59,206 nt of DNA from Clostridia bacterium (GTDB lineage Bacteria > Bacillota > Clostridia > Oscillospirales > CAG-272): assembly GCA_024404505.1 (NCBI GenBank), contig JAKSPU010000004.1, positions 1-59,206 on the forward strand, written 5' to 3'. Position 1 is the first letter of the stretch, and every line of letters starts with the position of its first letter. The notes beneath the pieces are model-generated. The model was not told the DNA's origin. It was given only the letters and a program-made list of their open reading frames with translations, and searched no databases. Below are positions 19,231-28,308 of the stretch, in pieces. Both the position numbers and the translations under genes were made by a program.

Positions 19231-20958
19231 ATGGCTAAGCAAACTGACATCCGCGCCGTGACAGGCACGGACCGGCTCGGACGCGCCCTGCCCATATCGG
19301 GCGAGGTCCCCGCACTCCGCAAGGACCGATACGTCGGCATCTTTTACTTCCTCTGCCTCGACCAGCACGGCACGGACGGTCCCTACGACGTCGAGAAGAT
19401 CCTCGCCGCCGATCCGACAGCCGCTTGGGACGAAAAGAATCCGCTCTGGGGCCGCATCGACGGCGCCGCGCACCACTGGGGCGAGCCTCTGTTCGGCTAC
19501 TATTTTACGCGCGACGAGTGGGTCATCCGGAAGCATATCGAGATGCTTTCCTTCGCTGACGTCGATTTTCTCGTTTTCGACACGACCAACCGCGCCATTT
19601 ACAGGGACTCCGCGCTGAAGATCATGCGTATCCTCAACGAGTACGTTCAGGCGGGCGTAAAAGTGCCGAAGGTCGCGTTCATGACCAACACGCTGTCCGG
19701 CGAGACGGTCAATGAGATCTATAAGGAGATCTACGCCCCCGGGAATTACCCGGACACGTGGTTTATCTGGGAGGGCAAGCCGCTCATCATCGGCATCCCG
19801 GAGCAATGCTCTGACCATGCGCGTGATTTCTTCACCTTCCGCATCTCGCAGTGGCCGAACGAGGACCAGAAGCAGGACGGTTTCCCGTGGATGGAGTTCA
19901 TCCGTCCGCAGCGCGTCTTCCGGACCCGCGCGGGTGAAGCGGAGATCGTCAACGTCTCCGTCGCTCAGCATCCCAACTGCGCGCACAGCGACGGCGCGTT
20001 CTTCGGTGAGACCGACGCGTGGGGCCGTTCCTACCACAACGGCGCAATGGATACCCGCTTCCGCGCAACGGATTGGGGCTTCAACGTCGCCGAACAGTGG
20101 GAGTATGCCATGTCCAAGGACCCGAAGATCATCTTCCTGACCGGCTGGAACGAATGGACGGCCGGGCGCTGGAGCTGGGACCGCTCGGGAGAGATGTCCT
20201 ATACCGTCTCCAACGAGGAAGGGCAGACCGTGCATTACGTCCGGCCTCCCCGTCCGTACATCCGCCATACCTTCTGCGACTGCTGCAACGAGGAGTACAG
20301 CCGCGACATCGAGCCGATGAGAGGCGGATACTTTGACAACTACTACCTCCAGATGATCTCCAAGATCCGCGAGTTCAAGGGTATGCCCGAAATGCCCGCA
20401 GATGAGATGCCCGCGGACGGTCACGGCTGGTCTGAGGGCATCGGATACAGCGATTATCCCTTCGGCAACGCACACAGATCCTGCCGCGGCTTCGGAAAGA
20501 ACTTCTACGAGAACACGTCCGGCGTCAACGATATCCTCGACATGACGGTCAGCGCGTCCGCACGCGCCCTGCGCTTCACCGCGGAATGTGCCGCGGACAT
20601 TGTGCGGACGGGATCGTGGATGCGCCTCCTCGTACACGTCGGAACAGAACGCTCCGCCGCCCCGTGCGGCTACGAGTACGTCGCCAACTTCGGCAAGTCG
20701 GAATCCGACCGTGCCATGCTCGCCAAATGGAACGGCACCGCTTACGAGCCGGTCTGCTCGATCCCGATGTCCGTCGAAGGCGCGAAGATCACGCTGATCC
20801 TGCCCCGGCGTTCTCTGGGACTTACGGACAGCTCACCCGTATCGCTCACGTTCAAGTGGGCCGATCAGGTCGGTGATGCGCCGACGGTCGAGGACTTCTA
20901 TACGGAGGGCGACACCGCGCCCTACGGCCGTCTCTCCTACAGATATGAGATCAAGTGA
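19231..20958 (+). CDS. Cytoplasmic GH99/71-like putative glycoside hydrolase (no signal peptide)
   Basis: YVGIFY, WGEPLFGYY, DVDFLVFDTTN, TGWNEW, YSRDIEP; paralog of 7437 and 9292; GGAGG RBS. Confidence 0.7.
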   Translation: MAKQTDIRAVTGTDRLGRALPISGEVPALRKDRYVGIFYFLCLDQHGTDGPYDVEKILAADPTAAWDEKNPLWGRIDGAAHHWGEPLFGYYFTRDEWVIRKHIEMLSFADVDFLVFDTTNRAIYRDSALKIMRILNEYVQAGVKVPKVAFMTNTLSGETVNEIYKEIYAPGNYPDTWFIWEGKPLIIGIPEQCSDHARDFFTFRISQWPNEDQKQDGFPWMEFIRPQRVFRTRAGEAEIVNVSVAQHPNCAHSDGAFFGETDAWGRSYHNGAMDTRFRATDWGFNVAEQWEYAMSKDPKIIFLTGWNEWTAGRWSWDRSGEMSYTVSNEEGQTVHYVRPPRPYIRHTFCDCCNEEYSRDIEPMRGGYFDNYYLQMISKIREFKGMPEMPADEMPADGHGWSEGIGYSDYPFGNAHRSCRGFGKNFYENTSGVNDILDMTVSASARALRFTAECAADIVRTGSWMRLLVHVGTERSAAPCGYEYVANFGKSESDRAMLAKWNGTAYEPVCSIPMSVEGAKITLILPRRSLGLTDSSPVSLTFKWADQVGDAPTVEDFYTEGDTAPYGRLSYRYEIK

Positions 20959-21032
20959 ACCAAATATCCTTATTGGGGAAGACTTTTTTCACATAAAAGT
21001 AAAATTCTGACCATATCACCGCAAATACTGAC

Positions 21033-21061
21033 TTGACAAACGTTCCAAAATTTGTTAAAAT
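21033..21061 (+). promoter_or_regulatory. Sigma70/SigA promoter
   Basis: TTGACA, 17 bp, TAAAAT with TGn extended -10. Confidence 0.7.
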
Positions 21062-21102
21062 TACATAGGATTTACTATTATATTCCAGAAGGAGGCATAT
21101 CT

Positions 21103-22875
21103 ATGAAATTCAACCGCAGATCCGCGCTCTCCCTGTTCTCTCTGCTGCTGATCGCAGCCATGCTGTCTTCCACGTTCGTATGCCCCGTGTCCGCCGATGA
21201 GGACGGTCAGAAATCCGAAAACCGAGTCGTCGCACATTGGAAATTCCAGAACGATCCTGCGTACGTATCCGGTGACATCAACACCGATGATCTCACCGTC
21301 AAGGACATCTCCGGCAACGGCAACGACCTCGTCGTTGTCTCCGAGGGCAACGGTGATCAGCTCGATATCTTTTCGTGGGATAACGGTGTCAATCCCCAGA
21401 CCCTTGAAAGCGATGCCCGCGTGACTGCGCTCAAATTCGACAACAGCCTTGCCAAGGCAAAGTCCGTCGACCCTTACGAGGCCGACCAGACCGCGTACAG
21501 CGGCGCTTACGTCTCCGGTAAGTATCTCGAGACCGTGAGCAGCGCCCCGATCAACAACTTCTCCACGCCCACCGGCTGGACGGTCGAGATCATCTTCATG
21601 ATTTCCCCCGAGTTCAACAACAACTACAACCGCTACACCGGCCTGTTCTCCCGTCAGGGCGTGGTCGAGAGCCAGAACGAGCCTGCCTTCTCCATGGCTG
21701 TGACCGAGCTGTGCTCGGGCGGTGAAGCGGACGGCGCGCTCGGCACAACCGGCGCCACCGGCTATCAGTACCTCCACGTCGACGTCGATGAAAACAAGAG
21801 CAACCACGAGGAACTGAACGGCTCCCTGTTCGCGGACACGTGGCATCACTACATGGTCACGAGCGACGGTGAACTCACCGATATCTACATCGACGGCGAG
21901 TACATCACCTCGTACACCGAGAACAACCAGATCTACATCACCGACCCCAATTTCAGCTGGGAAGTCGGTGTCGGCCGTAAGCTCAAGGGCGAAAACGCCA
22001 CGATGAACGAGGAGTATCCCGAGGGACTCATCCGCCGTCTCTTCTGCGGCACCATCTCCGAGATCCGCTTCTGCGAGGATTACATGGATATCGAGAACTC
22101 CCTGTTCTATACCGGTGACGTCCCCGGTGCCGATGAACAGGAAACGTCCGCTCCCGCCGCGAAGCCCAAGCTCACCAACGACAACGTCATGGATATGTGG
22201 GATCCCGATGCCATCGGCAACATCTTCCCCGCCACCGGCAGCCAGACCAACGCCAGCCTCTGTGAGGAAGGTCTGCTGCTTGAGTACACCGGTGACGAGA
22301 CCACCTCTCCCGACCCGTTCTACACCTACCCCATCGCCGCGTACTACAAGAAGACCTCCAGCACCATGCCCGATCCCGAAAAGTGCAACTACGTCACCAT
22401 CAAGATGAAGCCCGAGAACTGCGACGGTATGTTCCAGTTGTTCACGCAGGCTCCGAACGAGGCCAATTCCGAAACGGTTGAGTACACGCCCGAGGATATG
22501 CACGAGGACGGCTGGTATTACCTGATGTTCGATATGTCGCTCACCGACCTTGTCGATCAGAGAAAGCTGTCCACCATACGTCTGGACTGGTCCTGCGGCA
22601 ATACCACCGTCGGCGCGAACATGATCATCGGCGCGATCGGCTTCTTCGAGGAGGAGAAGGACGCGTGCGAGTGGTGCGGCATCGAGTACGTCACCATGGC
22701 GCCGAAGACCAAGGCCCCCGCTACCGAGGCGCCCGATCCCGTGACCGAAGCTCCCACCGATGAGGCTGTCACCGATCCCGGGAAGTCCGGCTGCGGCTCG
22801 ATCATCACGTCCGGTGCCGCTCTCGTCATGATGGCAGCCGCTGCCGCCGTGGCGCTTGGCAGAAAGCACGACTGA
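21103..22875 (+). CDS. Secreted LamG/ConA-like domain protein with Cys-containing C-terminal anchor
   Basis: Signal peptide ..VSA/D; VVAHWKF, KDISGNGND, WHHY..T.DG...IYIDG, FCGTISEIRF; tail KSGCGS-hydrophobic-RKHD. Confidence 0.75.
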   Translation: MKFNRRSALSLFSLLLIAAMLSSTFVCPVSADEDGQKSENRVVAHWKFQNDPAYVSGDINTDDLTVKDISGNGNDLVVVSEGNGDQLDIFSWDNGVNPQTLESDARVTALKFDNSLAKAKSVDPYEADQTAYSGAYVSGKYLETVSSAPINNFSTPTGWTVEIIFMISPEFNNNYNRYTGLFSRQGVVESQNEPAFSMAVTELCSGGEADGALGTTGATGYQYLHVDVDENKSNHEELNGSLFADTWHHYMVTSDGELTDIYIDGEYITSYTENNQIYITDPNFSWEVGVGRKLKGENATMNEEYPEGLIRRLFCGTISEIRFCEDYMDIENSLFYTGDVPGADEQETSAPAAKPKLTNDNVMDMWDPDAIGNIFPATGSQTNASLCEEGLLLEYTGDETTSPDPFYTYPIAAYYKKTSSTMPDPEKCNYVTIKMKPENCDGMFQLFTQAPNEANSETVEYTPEDMHEDGWYYLMFDMSLTDLVDQRKLSTIRLDWSCGNTTVGANMIIGAIGFFEEEKDACEWCGIEYVTMAPKTKAPATEAPDPVTEAPTDEAVTDPGKSGCGSIITSGAALVMMAAAAAVALGRKHD

Positions 22876-22907
22876 TATTCACAAATAATCAAATCAGGCA
22901 TAAATAA

Positions 22908-22938
22908 GGCCCCTTTCCTCGTGAAAGGGGCCCATTTT
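22908..22938. terminator. Hairpin terminator between convergent genes
   Basis: GGCCCCTTTC-CTCGT-GAAAGGGGCC with T-rich flank. Confidence 0.75.
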
Positions 22939-22945
22939 GCGGATA

Positions 22946-24322
22946 TCAGATCGGCTGGCAGTAGAACGGCTCCTCGGGATGGGAGACGAAGTCCTTCTCG
23001 TCGAGATGGCAGGACACGTTTTTGACGATGACTCTGCCCTTACCGGGGGCGTTCCACGACTTGATGAGCTGCGGAGCGTGATTGTTTCTGATCGTCACGT
23101 CCTCAAGGGTGATGGACTTGTAGTTGCCCGCGTGGATAAAGGTCACGTCCCCGCGGTCCGGACGGAAGGAGGCCGTCACGTCGGACAGCGTGAGCGATAC
23201 GGGACACGCCGCGTCACCGTACAGGTAGAGCGGCTCGGAGAGATTCTTCGCTTTGATATGCTCAAAGGTGATGTCGCAGAGCGGCTTGTTGCATTGCCAG
23301 ATCGAGTTGCCGGAGAAGTTGAAGCACAGGAATCTGTCGGCTCCGTCCACGGTGCAGTCGCGGATGACGACGTTGCCCGGCCTGTACCGGATCTTCGACG
23401 AGTAATCAGCGTAGTAGGTGAAGATAGCCAGCATATTGTGACGCTGGGTGTAGCCTGCCGCGTCGTTGGCGTTCACGCCCGCCTTCTTCTCCTCCGTCGT
23501 CATGCCGCCGCGGAAGGAGTAGCGCGCGGGCGCGTAGATCCTGCATCGCGTGGCCAGCATATTGGTGCCTCCGAAGCGGAACGCGCTGCACGCGGTGTTC
23601 AGGATGCAGTCCTCCACCAGCACATTCCTGTTGTCAAAGCCTGCCACGCAGTCGTCGCCCGTATAGAACGCGCATCTGCGGATGATGACGTCGTCGCAGC
23701 CCGTGATATGGATACCGTCGTGTCCCGCGAGATTGACCACGTTCTCACACAGGATATCGGACGAGTGCCAGATGCACTCCGGCCAGTTGGAGCTGTTCTG
23801 CATGGTATAGCCGCGCAGGACGATGTGGCGGCAGCAGATCATGCTGATGCCGTGCGGTCCGCGGTAGAATTCCTCGCCGTGCTCGTCGTAGCAGTTGCTG
23901 CCGTCTATCACTGACCCCTTGTCTCCGATGACGGCGATATGCTCGGCCAAGTAGGCACGGATCAGGCCGTTGTACCAGCGGCCTGCATACTTGCGGCATA
24001 CACTCTCAAATCTGCCGTCCGGGACGGGTCCGCGCGACTTGACGTCCTTCGGCACCGGCTCGACCGTGTCCTCGTCGAGGATGAAGTAGTCCTCCGGATC
24101 GCGCGATCCGACGAGCACCGCGCCCGAGAGCAGATGCAGCGTCACGTTCGACCGCAGCCGGATGCCGCCCGTCCGGAACGTGCCGGCGGGAATGACGACC
24201 TCACCGCCGCCCGAAAGAAAGCAGGCGTCGACAGCAGCCTGAATTGCCTTATGCTGCATAACCTCAGCGCCGGGGACGGCGCCGTAGTCGAGTACGTTGA
24301 AAACCTTTTTCATATCGGTCAA
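22946..24322 (-). CDS. Glycoside hydrolase family 28-like (pectin-lyase beta-helix fold)
   Basis: FNVLDYGA, AIQAAVDAC..GGGEVVIPAG, LRSNVTLHL, HDGIH, GDDCVA; TTG start with AAGGAG RBS. Confidence 0.75.
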   Translation of the reverse strand: MTDMKKVFNVLDYGAVPGAEVMQHKAIQAAVDACFLSGGGEVVIPAGTFRTGGIRLRSNVTLHLLSGAVLVGSRDPEDYFILDEDTVEPVPKDVKSRGPVPDGRFESVCRKYAGRWYNGLIRAYLAEHIAVIGDKGSVIDGSNCYDEHGEEFYRGPHGISMICCRHIVLRGYTMQNSSNWPECIWHSSDILCENVVNLAGHDGIHITGCDDVIIRRCAFYTGDDCVAGFDNRNVLVEDCILNTACSAFRFGGTNMLATRCRIYAPARYSFRGGMTTEEKKAGVNANDAAGYTQRHNMLAIFTYYADYSSKIRYRPGNVVIRDCTVDGADRFLCFNFSGNSIWQCNKPLCDITFEHIKAKNLSEPLYLYGDAACPVSLTLSDVTASFRPDRGDVTFIHAGNYKSITLEDVTIRNNHAPQLIKSWNAPGKGRVIVKNVSCHLDEKDFVSHPEEPFYCQPI

Positions 24323-24547
24323 AGCTCCTTTTTCTTCCCGGACGCCGGTGGCTGCCGGGGTCTTTGTGATATGATTATACCATATCCGTGCTGAAAATGT
24401 CGGTCAATATTTGTCCTGTTTCAGCCATTATTTGACTTTTTTATTCAGACCTGATGTTCTGCCGTCCGCTTCCGTTCTTGAATGACGGCATGGGTACGGC
24501 AAAAGCGATTTGAAGAACCCTTTTTTCACGGGTTGAGTCCGAAACGG

Positions 24548-24576
24548 TTGACATACCGAGGATATAATGGTATAAT
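24548..24576 (+). promoter_or_regulatory. Sigma70/SigA promoter
   Basis: TTGACA, 17 bp, TATAAT with TGn extended -10. Confidence 0.8.
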
Positions 24577-24632
24577 GGAAACATAAATCCCGCGATCCGA
24601 TACCAGAAAAAACTTATAGAAACGGAGACGGT

Positions 24633-26963
24633 ATGAAAATGAAAGCCTTCCATGTAAACAGAAACGCCCGCTGGGCGCTTTACCTGATCCTGTCCGTCGT
24701 CCTGCTTGCGCTCCTTGTGACGCTGGCAGCATGCAACAGAGGCGACGATCCGGGTCAGGATACGACAACCGATCAGGTGTCAGAGACGCAGCCCGGCACG
24801 GAACCCGCCCCGGACACCGACGCGCCCGCCACCGACGCCGACACGGTCCCCGAGACCGAGCCGGAAACCGAAACGGAGCCGGAAACGCAGCCCCTGTCCA
24901 ACAAAACTATTTCCTTCTACGAGGACTTCCCCGTTGAGGACGCATTCACCGCCAACGGCTACGAGCTGTCGGTCACGGCAGAGGGCGGCGAACATCTCCT
25001 GTCTGTGAAGCGCCTGTCCGATCAGGGCAAGCGTGTCACGGTCAAGTTCGACAACTACCTCAAGACCCTCGGGCTTGATACGCCTGACGCGAACACCATC
25101 CAATACATCGTCCTCAACGTGCGCAAGGGCGGTGAGGGTACCGCGTGGGAGCCTGTCTTCCTCGCCGTCGGCAAGGAGACCTTCAAGGCAGGCTCGGGCG
25201 GAACGATCAAGCAGCTGCTGATCTCCTCCTTCTCCTCCATGCCCACGGACGGCACGACGTGGTATATGCGCGACGTCTCCGTCGCGGCCTCGCTTGACGA
25301 GGCGCTGCTCATGGGCGGCATGACGCAGTATGTGCTGGGTTACGGCTCAACGCTCGATCTGTCCGCGTCCGATCCCGTCAACCACGTGAAGATCACCGCG
25401 CCCGACGAGGACGAGAGCGTATCCTTCTGGTTTGATCACTTCACCGAGAAGGTCAACTGCGACACCGTGCCGGTCAAGGACACCGTCGGGTACACGATCC
25501 AGATGGCGAAGAACGAATACGAGGCGTGCCAATTCTTCCTGTCCGCGCCGAGCGACCGACGCTTCACCGTGGAGTACACGCCCTTTACCAACGAGGCGGG
25601 CGCGTCCCTGTACACGGAGCTTCGCGTGGAGTTCTACCCCACCGAGGGCGCCGGCCTGACGATCCCCGATTGTCTGATCCCCTATGAGAACTACGTCGGC
25701 TTTGAGGTGCCGGAGGACGTCGCGTGGTCGTACGATGTGCGCGGCTGCGTATCCGTTCCCGCGGGCACGACGCGCGGCTTCGTGATCCAGGTCAAGACAA
25801 CGATGGACACGGCCCCCGGTCTGTACAGCGCCGACTTCAATATCTATGACGCGGACACGAAGAAGTGCGTCAAGACCGCGAAGGTTTACACCTACGTGTA
25901 CGACGTGACGCTCTCCGAGGAGACCGCCATGAAGACCCAGATCCTCTGCTGGAACGGCCAGTGGCTGACACCTTACCGGGATTGGGGTTATATCAATTCC
26001 GACGAGGATCAACTGACCATCCTGCGCGGGCTGTGCGACTTCCTGCTCGACTACCGCATCTGCACGCAGGGCAACTGGGGCGAGGAATGGCTGAACAATC
26101 CCCGCGTGACCTCCGTCGGCATCGGGGACGGCTCCGAGTATTCCCTTTACGTTTCCAAGAATCCCGACTGGAACAAGAAATTCGTGCTGTACAAGGTCGA
26201 CGAGCCTGCCGAGGCGCGTCGGCTCGAGGAGCTGAAAACGATCACCGAGCAGTATCGTTCCACATGGGAGAATGTCCGCGTCGTCTGCCCGTTCGAGACG
26301 GATATCCGGTACGACAACACCGACCAGATCGACTATATGTCCCGCTACGTCAACGTCTGGTGTCCGAAGTTTTACAGCTTCACGCCCCGCGACCTGAGCT
26401 TCGTCACCGGCACCCGCTACACGCAGTCCGTGTCCAATGACGAAAAGTACGGCACCTTCGAGCAGAGAATGAAGGGCTACCGCGACAGGGGCGACGAGAC
26501 CTGGATCTATGTGTCCTGTCTGCCAGAGTCGAGCGCGCCTTACCTGAACGTGATGCTGTACAACGACGGCACGCAGCCCGAGACCATCTTCTGGATGTGC
26601 TACCGCTACGATCTGACCGGCTTCCTGTACTGGAATCTCTTCTATTGGGAGAATTCCGGCTACGGCAACGGATACCTGCGCTACCCCGTCACCAAGACCG
26701 GCCCCGGCGACGGTCTGCTGCTGTACCCCGGCTGTGCTTACGGTACGAGTGAACCCATGCCCTCCATGCGTCTCGTCGGTATGCGTGACGGCATCGAGGA
26801 CTATCAGCTTCTGACCATGCTCGAAAAGACCTGCGGCAAGGAGCTGACCGACGATCTCGTCAGCCACATCGCTACCTCCGTCGTCACCTTCAACACCGAC
26901 GACGACGTGCTTCACAACGCCCGCGTGTTCATGCTGAAGACGCTGGAGGAGAACAGCAAATAA
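24633..26963 (+). CDS. Lipoprotein with DUF4091 (GH123-related) domain
   Basis: Lipobox LAAC; TEPE linker; AKNEYEACQ, VDEP, GFLYW, GDGLLLYPG, PSMRL..MRDGIEDY. Confidence 0.75.
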   Translation: MKMKAFHVNRNARWALYLILSVVLLALLVTLAACNRGDDPGQDTTTDQVSETQPGTEPAPDTDAPATDADTVPETEPETETEPETQPLSNKTISFYEDFPVEDAFTANGYELSVTAEGGEHLLSVKRLSDQGKRVTVKFDNYLKTLGLDTPDANTIQYIVLNVRKGGEGTAWEPVFLAVGKETFKAGSGGTIKQLLISSFSSMPTDGTTWYMRDVSVAASLDEALLMGGMTQYVLGYGSTLDLSASDPVNHVKITAPDEDESVSFWFDHFTEKVNCDTVPVKDTVGYTIQMAKNEYEACQFFLSAPSDRRFTVEYTPFTNEAGASLYTELRVEFYPTEGAGLTIPDCLIPYENYVGFEVPEDVAWSYDVRGCVSVPAGTTRGFVIQVKTTMDTAPGLYSADFNIYDADTKKCVKTAKVYTYVYDVTLSEETAMKTQILCWNGQWLTPYRDWGYINSDEDQLTILRGLCDFLLDYRICTQGNWGEEWLNNPRVTSVGIGDGSEYSLYVSKNPDWNKKFVLYKVDEPAEARRLEELKTITEQYRSTWENVRVVCPFETDIRYDNTDQIDYMSRYVNVWCPKFYSFTPRDLSFVTGTRYTQSVSNDEKYGTFEQRMKGYRDRGDETWIYVSCLPESSAPYLNVMLYNDGTQPETIFWMCYRYDLTGFLYWNLFYWENSGYGNGYLRYPVTKTGPGDGLLLYPGCAYGTSEPMPSMRLVGMRDGIEDYQLLTMLEKTCGKELTDDLVSHIATSVVTFNTDDDVLHNARVFMLKTLEENSK

Positions 26964-26966
26964 GAT

Positions 26967-26991
26967 GCGTGCGGGGCTCTGCCCCGCACGC
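26967..26991. repeat. Isolated terminal hairpin module of the intergenic repeat family
   Basis: GCGTGCGGGGC-TCT-GCCCCGCACGC, matching the GGGGCTCTGCCCC end module of the other copies. Confidence 0.6.
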
Positions 26992-27090
26992 CGCTCTAAT
27001 GCTTCTGAAAAGAAGGATTTTAATTATCCCGGGAACTTTCATACAGGGGAAAAATTGATCATAAATTTTGTATCACTGAAAGGAAAGACC

Positions 27091-28206
27091 ATGATCATCC
27101 AAACCGAAAGACTGATCCTCCGCCCGTGGTGTGACGCGGACGCGGAGAGCCTGTACGAATACGCAAAAGACGACCGTGTCGGCCCTGCCGCCGGCTGGCC
27201 TGTACACACAAGCGTGGAAAACAGCCGCGAGATCATCCGCACCGTGCTGTCGGAGCCGGAAACCTACGCCGTCTGCCTCAAGGAAGACAACAAGGCCATC
27301 GGCAGCATCGGTCTGATGGTCGGAAAACAAAGCAATCTCGGCCTGCCGGATGACGAGGGCGAGATCGGTTACTGGATCGGCGTGCCCTTCTGGGGCCGGG
27401 GACTGATCCCAGAAGCCGTCCGCGCACTTACCCGCCGCGCCTTTTTGGAGCTGGGTCTTTCGACGCTGTGGTGCGGCTACTTTGACGGCAATGAAAAATC
27501 AAAGCGGGTACAGGAAAAGTGCGGCTTTGTTTACCATCACGCGAACCGGGACATATATTGGAAGCTGATAGACAGGGTTCTGACCGAGCACGTCACGCGG
27601 CTGCCGAGGGACGTATGGGAAAGCAGCGTCAGGCCGTCAGACCGCATCACCATCCGTCCCGAAACGCACGGGGACTATAAGGACGTCGTTTCACTCGTGC
27701 TGCGCTCCTTCCGGGAGGGGACGGACTACTCCGACGGGACGGACATCGTCGCGCTGATCGAGGAGATCAGGGACTCGGAATACTATATTCCCGAGCTTGC
27801 GTTCGTTGCGGAGCTGGACGGAGAGATCGTCGGGCATTTCCTGTTCTCACACTTCCCATTGTCCCGGACGCCTGAAGGCGGTCACGGCGGGGCGGCGGAT
27901 ACCGACGTCGTGATGCTGGCACCCGTGTCCGTCCACGCCGATCATCTGCGCCAGGGCATCGGCTCGGCGATGATAAGGCTCGGTATCGCAAAAGTGAAAG
28001 AGATGGGATTCCGGGGCATCATCGTCGAGGGCAACTTCCGCTTTTACAATACCGTCGGCTTCCGCACATCGTCGGAATACGGCATCTTCCCGGTCAGCGG
28101 GTACCCGATGACGGAGCCGCGATGCCAGATGTGCATGGAGACATTCCCCGGCTCACTCAAGGACAGAGGCGGGTACGTCGTGTACGATATGTATTACAAC
28201 GCCTGA
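27091..28206 (+). CDS. Tandem GNAT N-acetyltransferase fusion (RimJ/RimL-like + YhbS-like)
   Basis: TERLILRPW..EIGYWIG.PFWGRG..N..S.RV.EKCGF; second domain IRPET..VAE.DGEIVGH..LAPVSV..RQGIG. Confidence 0.85.
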   Translation: MIIQTERLILRPWCDADAESLYEYAKDDRVGPAAGWPVHTSVENSREIIRTVLSEPETYAVCLKEDNKAIGSIGLMVGKQSNLGLPDDEGEIGYWIGVPFWGRGLIPEAVRALTRRAFLELGLSTLWCGYFDGNEKSKRVQEKCGFVYHHANRDIYWKLIDRVLTEHVTRLPRDVWESSVRPSDRITIRPETHGDYKDVVSLVLRSFREGTDYSDGTDIVALIEEIRDSEYYIPELAFVAELDGEIVGHFLFSHFPLSRTPEGGHGGAADTDVVMLAPVSVHADHLRQGIGSAMIRLGIAKVKEMGFRGIIVEGNFRFYNTVGFRTSSEYGIFPVSGYPMTEPRCQMCMETFPGSLKDRGGYVVYDMYYNA

Positions 28207-28255
28207 CCGAAGCCGATCCGCAGGATCGCAGGAGCGCGAAAAGGACCGACATACA

Positions 28256-28295
28256 AAGCACCGGTCGACCCGTTGAAACGGGTCGACCGGTGCTT
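28256..28295. terminator. Perfect hairpin, probable bidirectional terminator
   Basis: AAGCACCGGTCGACCCGT-TGAA-ACGGGTCGACCGGTGCTT between convergent genes. Confidence 0.8.
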
Positions 28296-28308
28296 CATTT
28301 ATCTTGTT

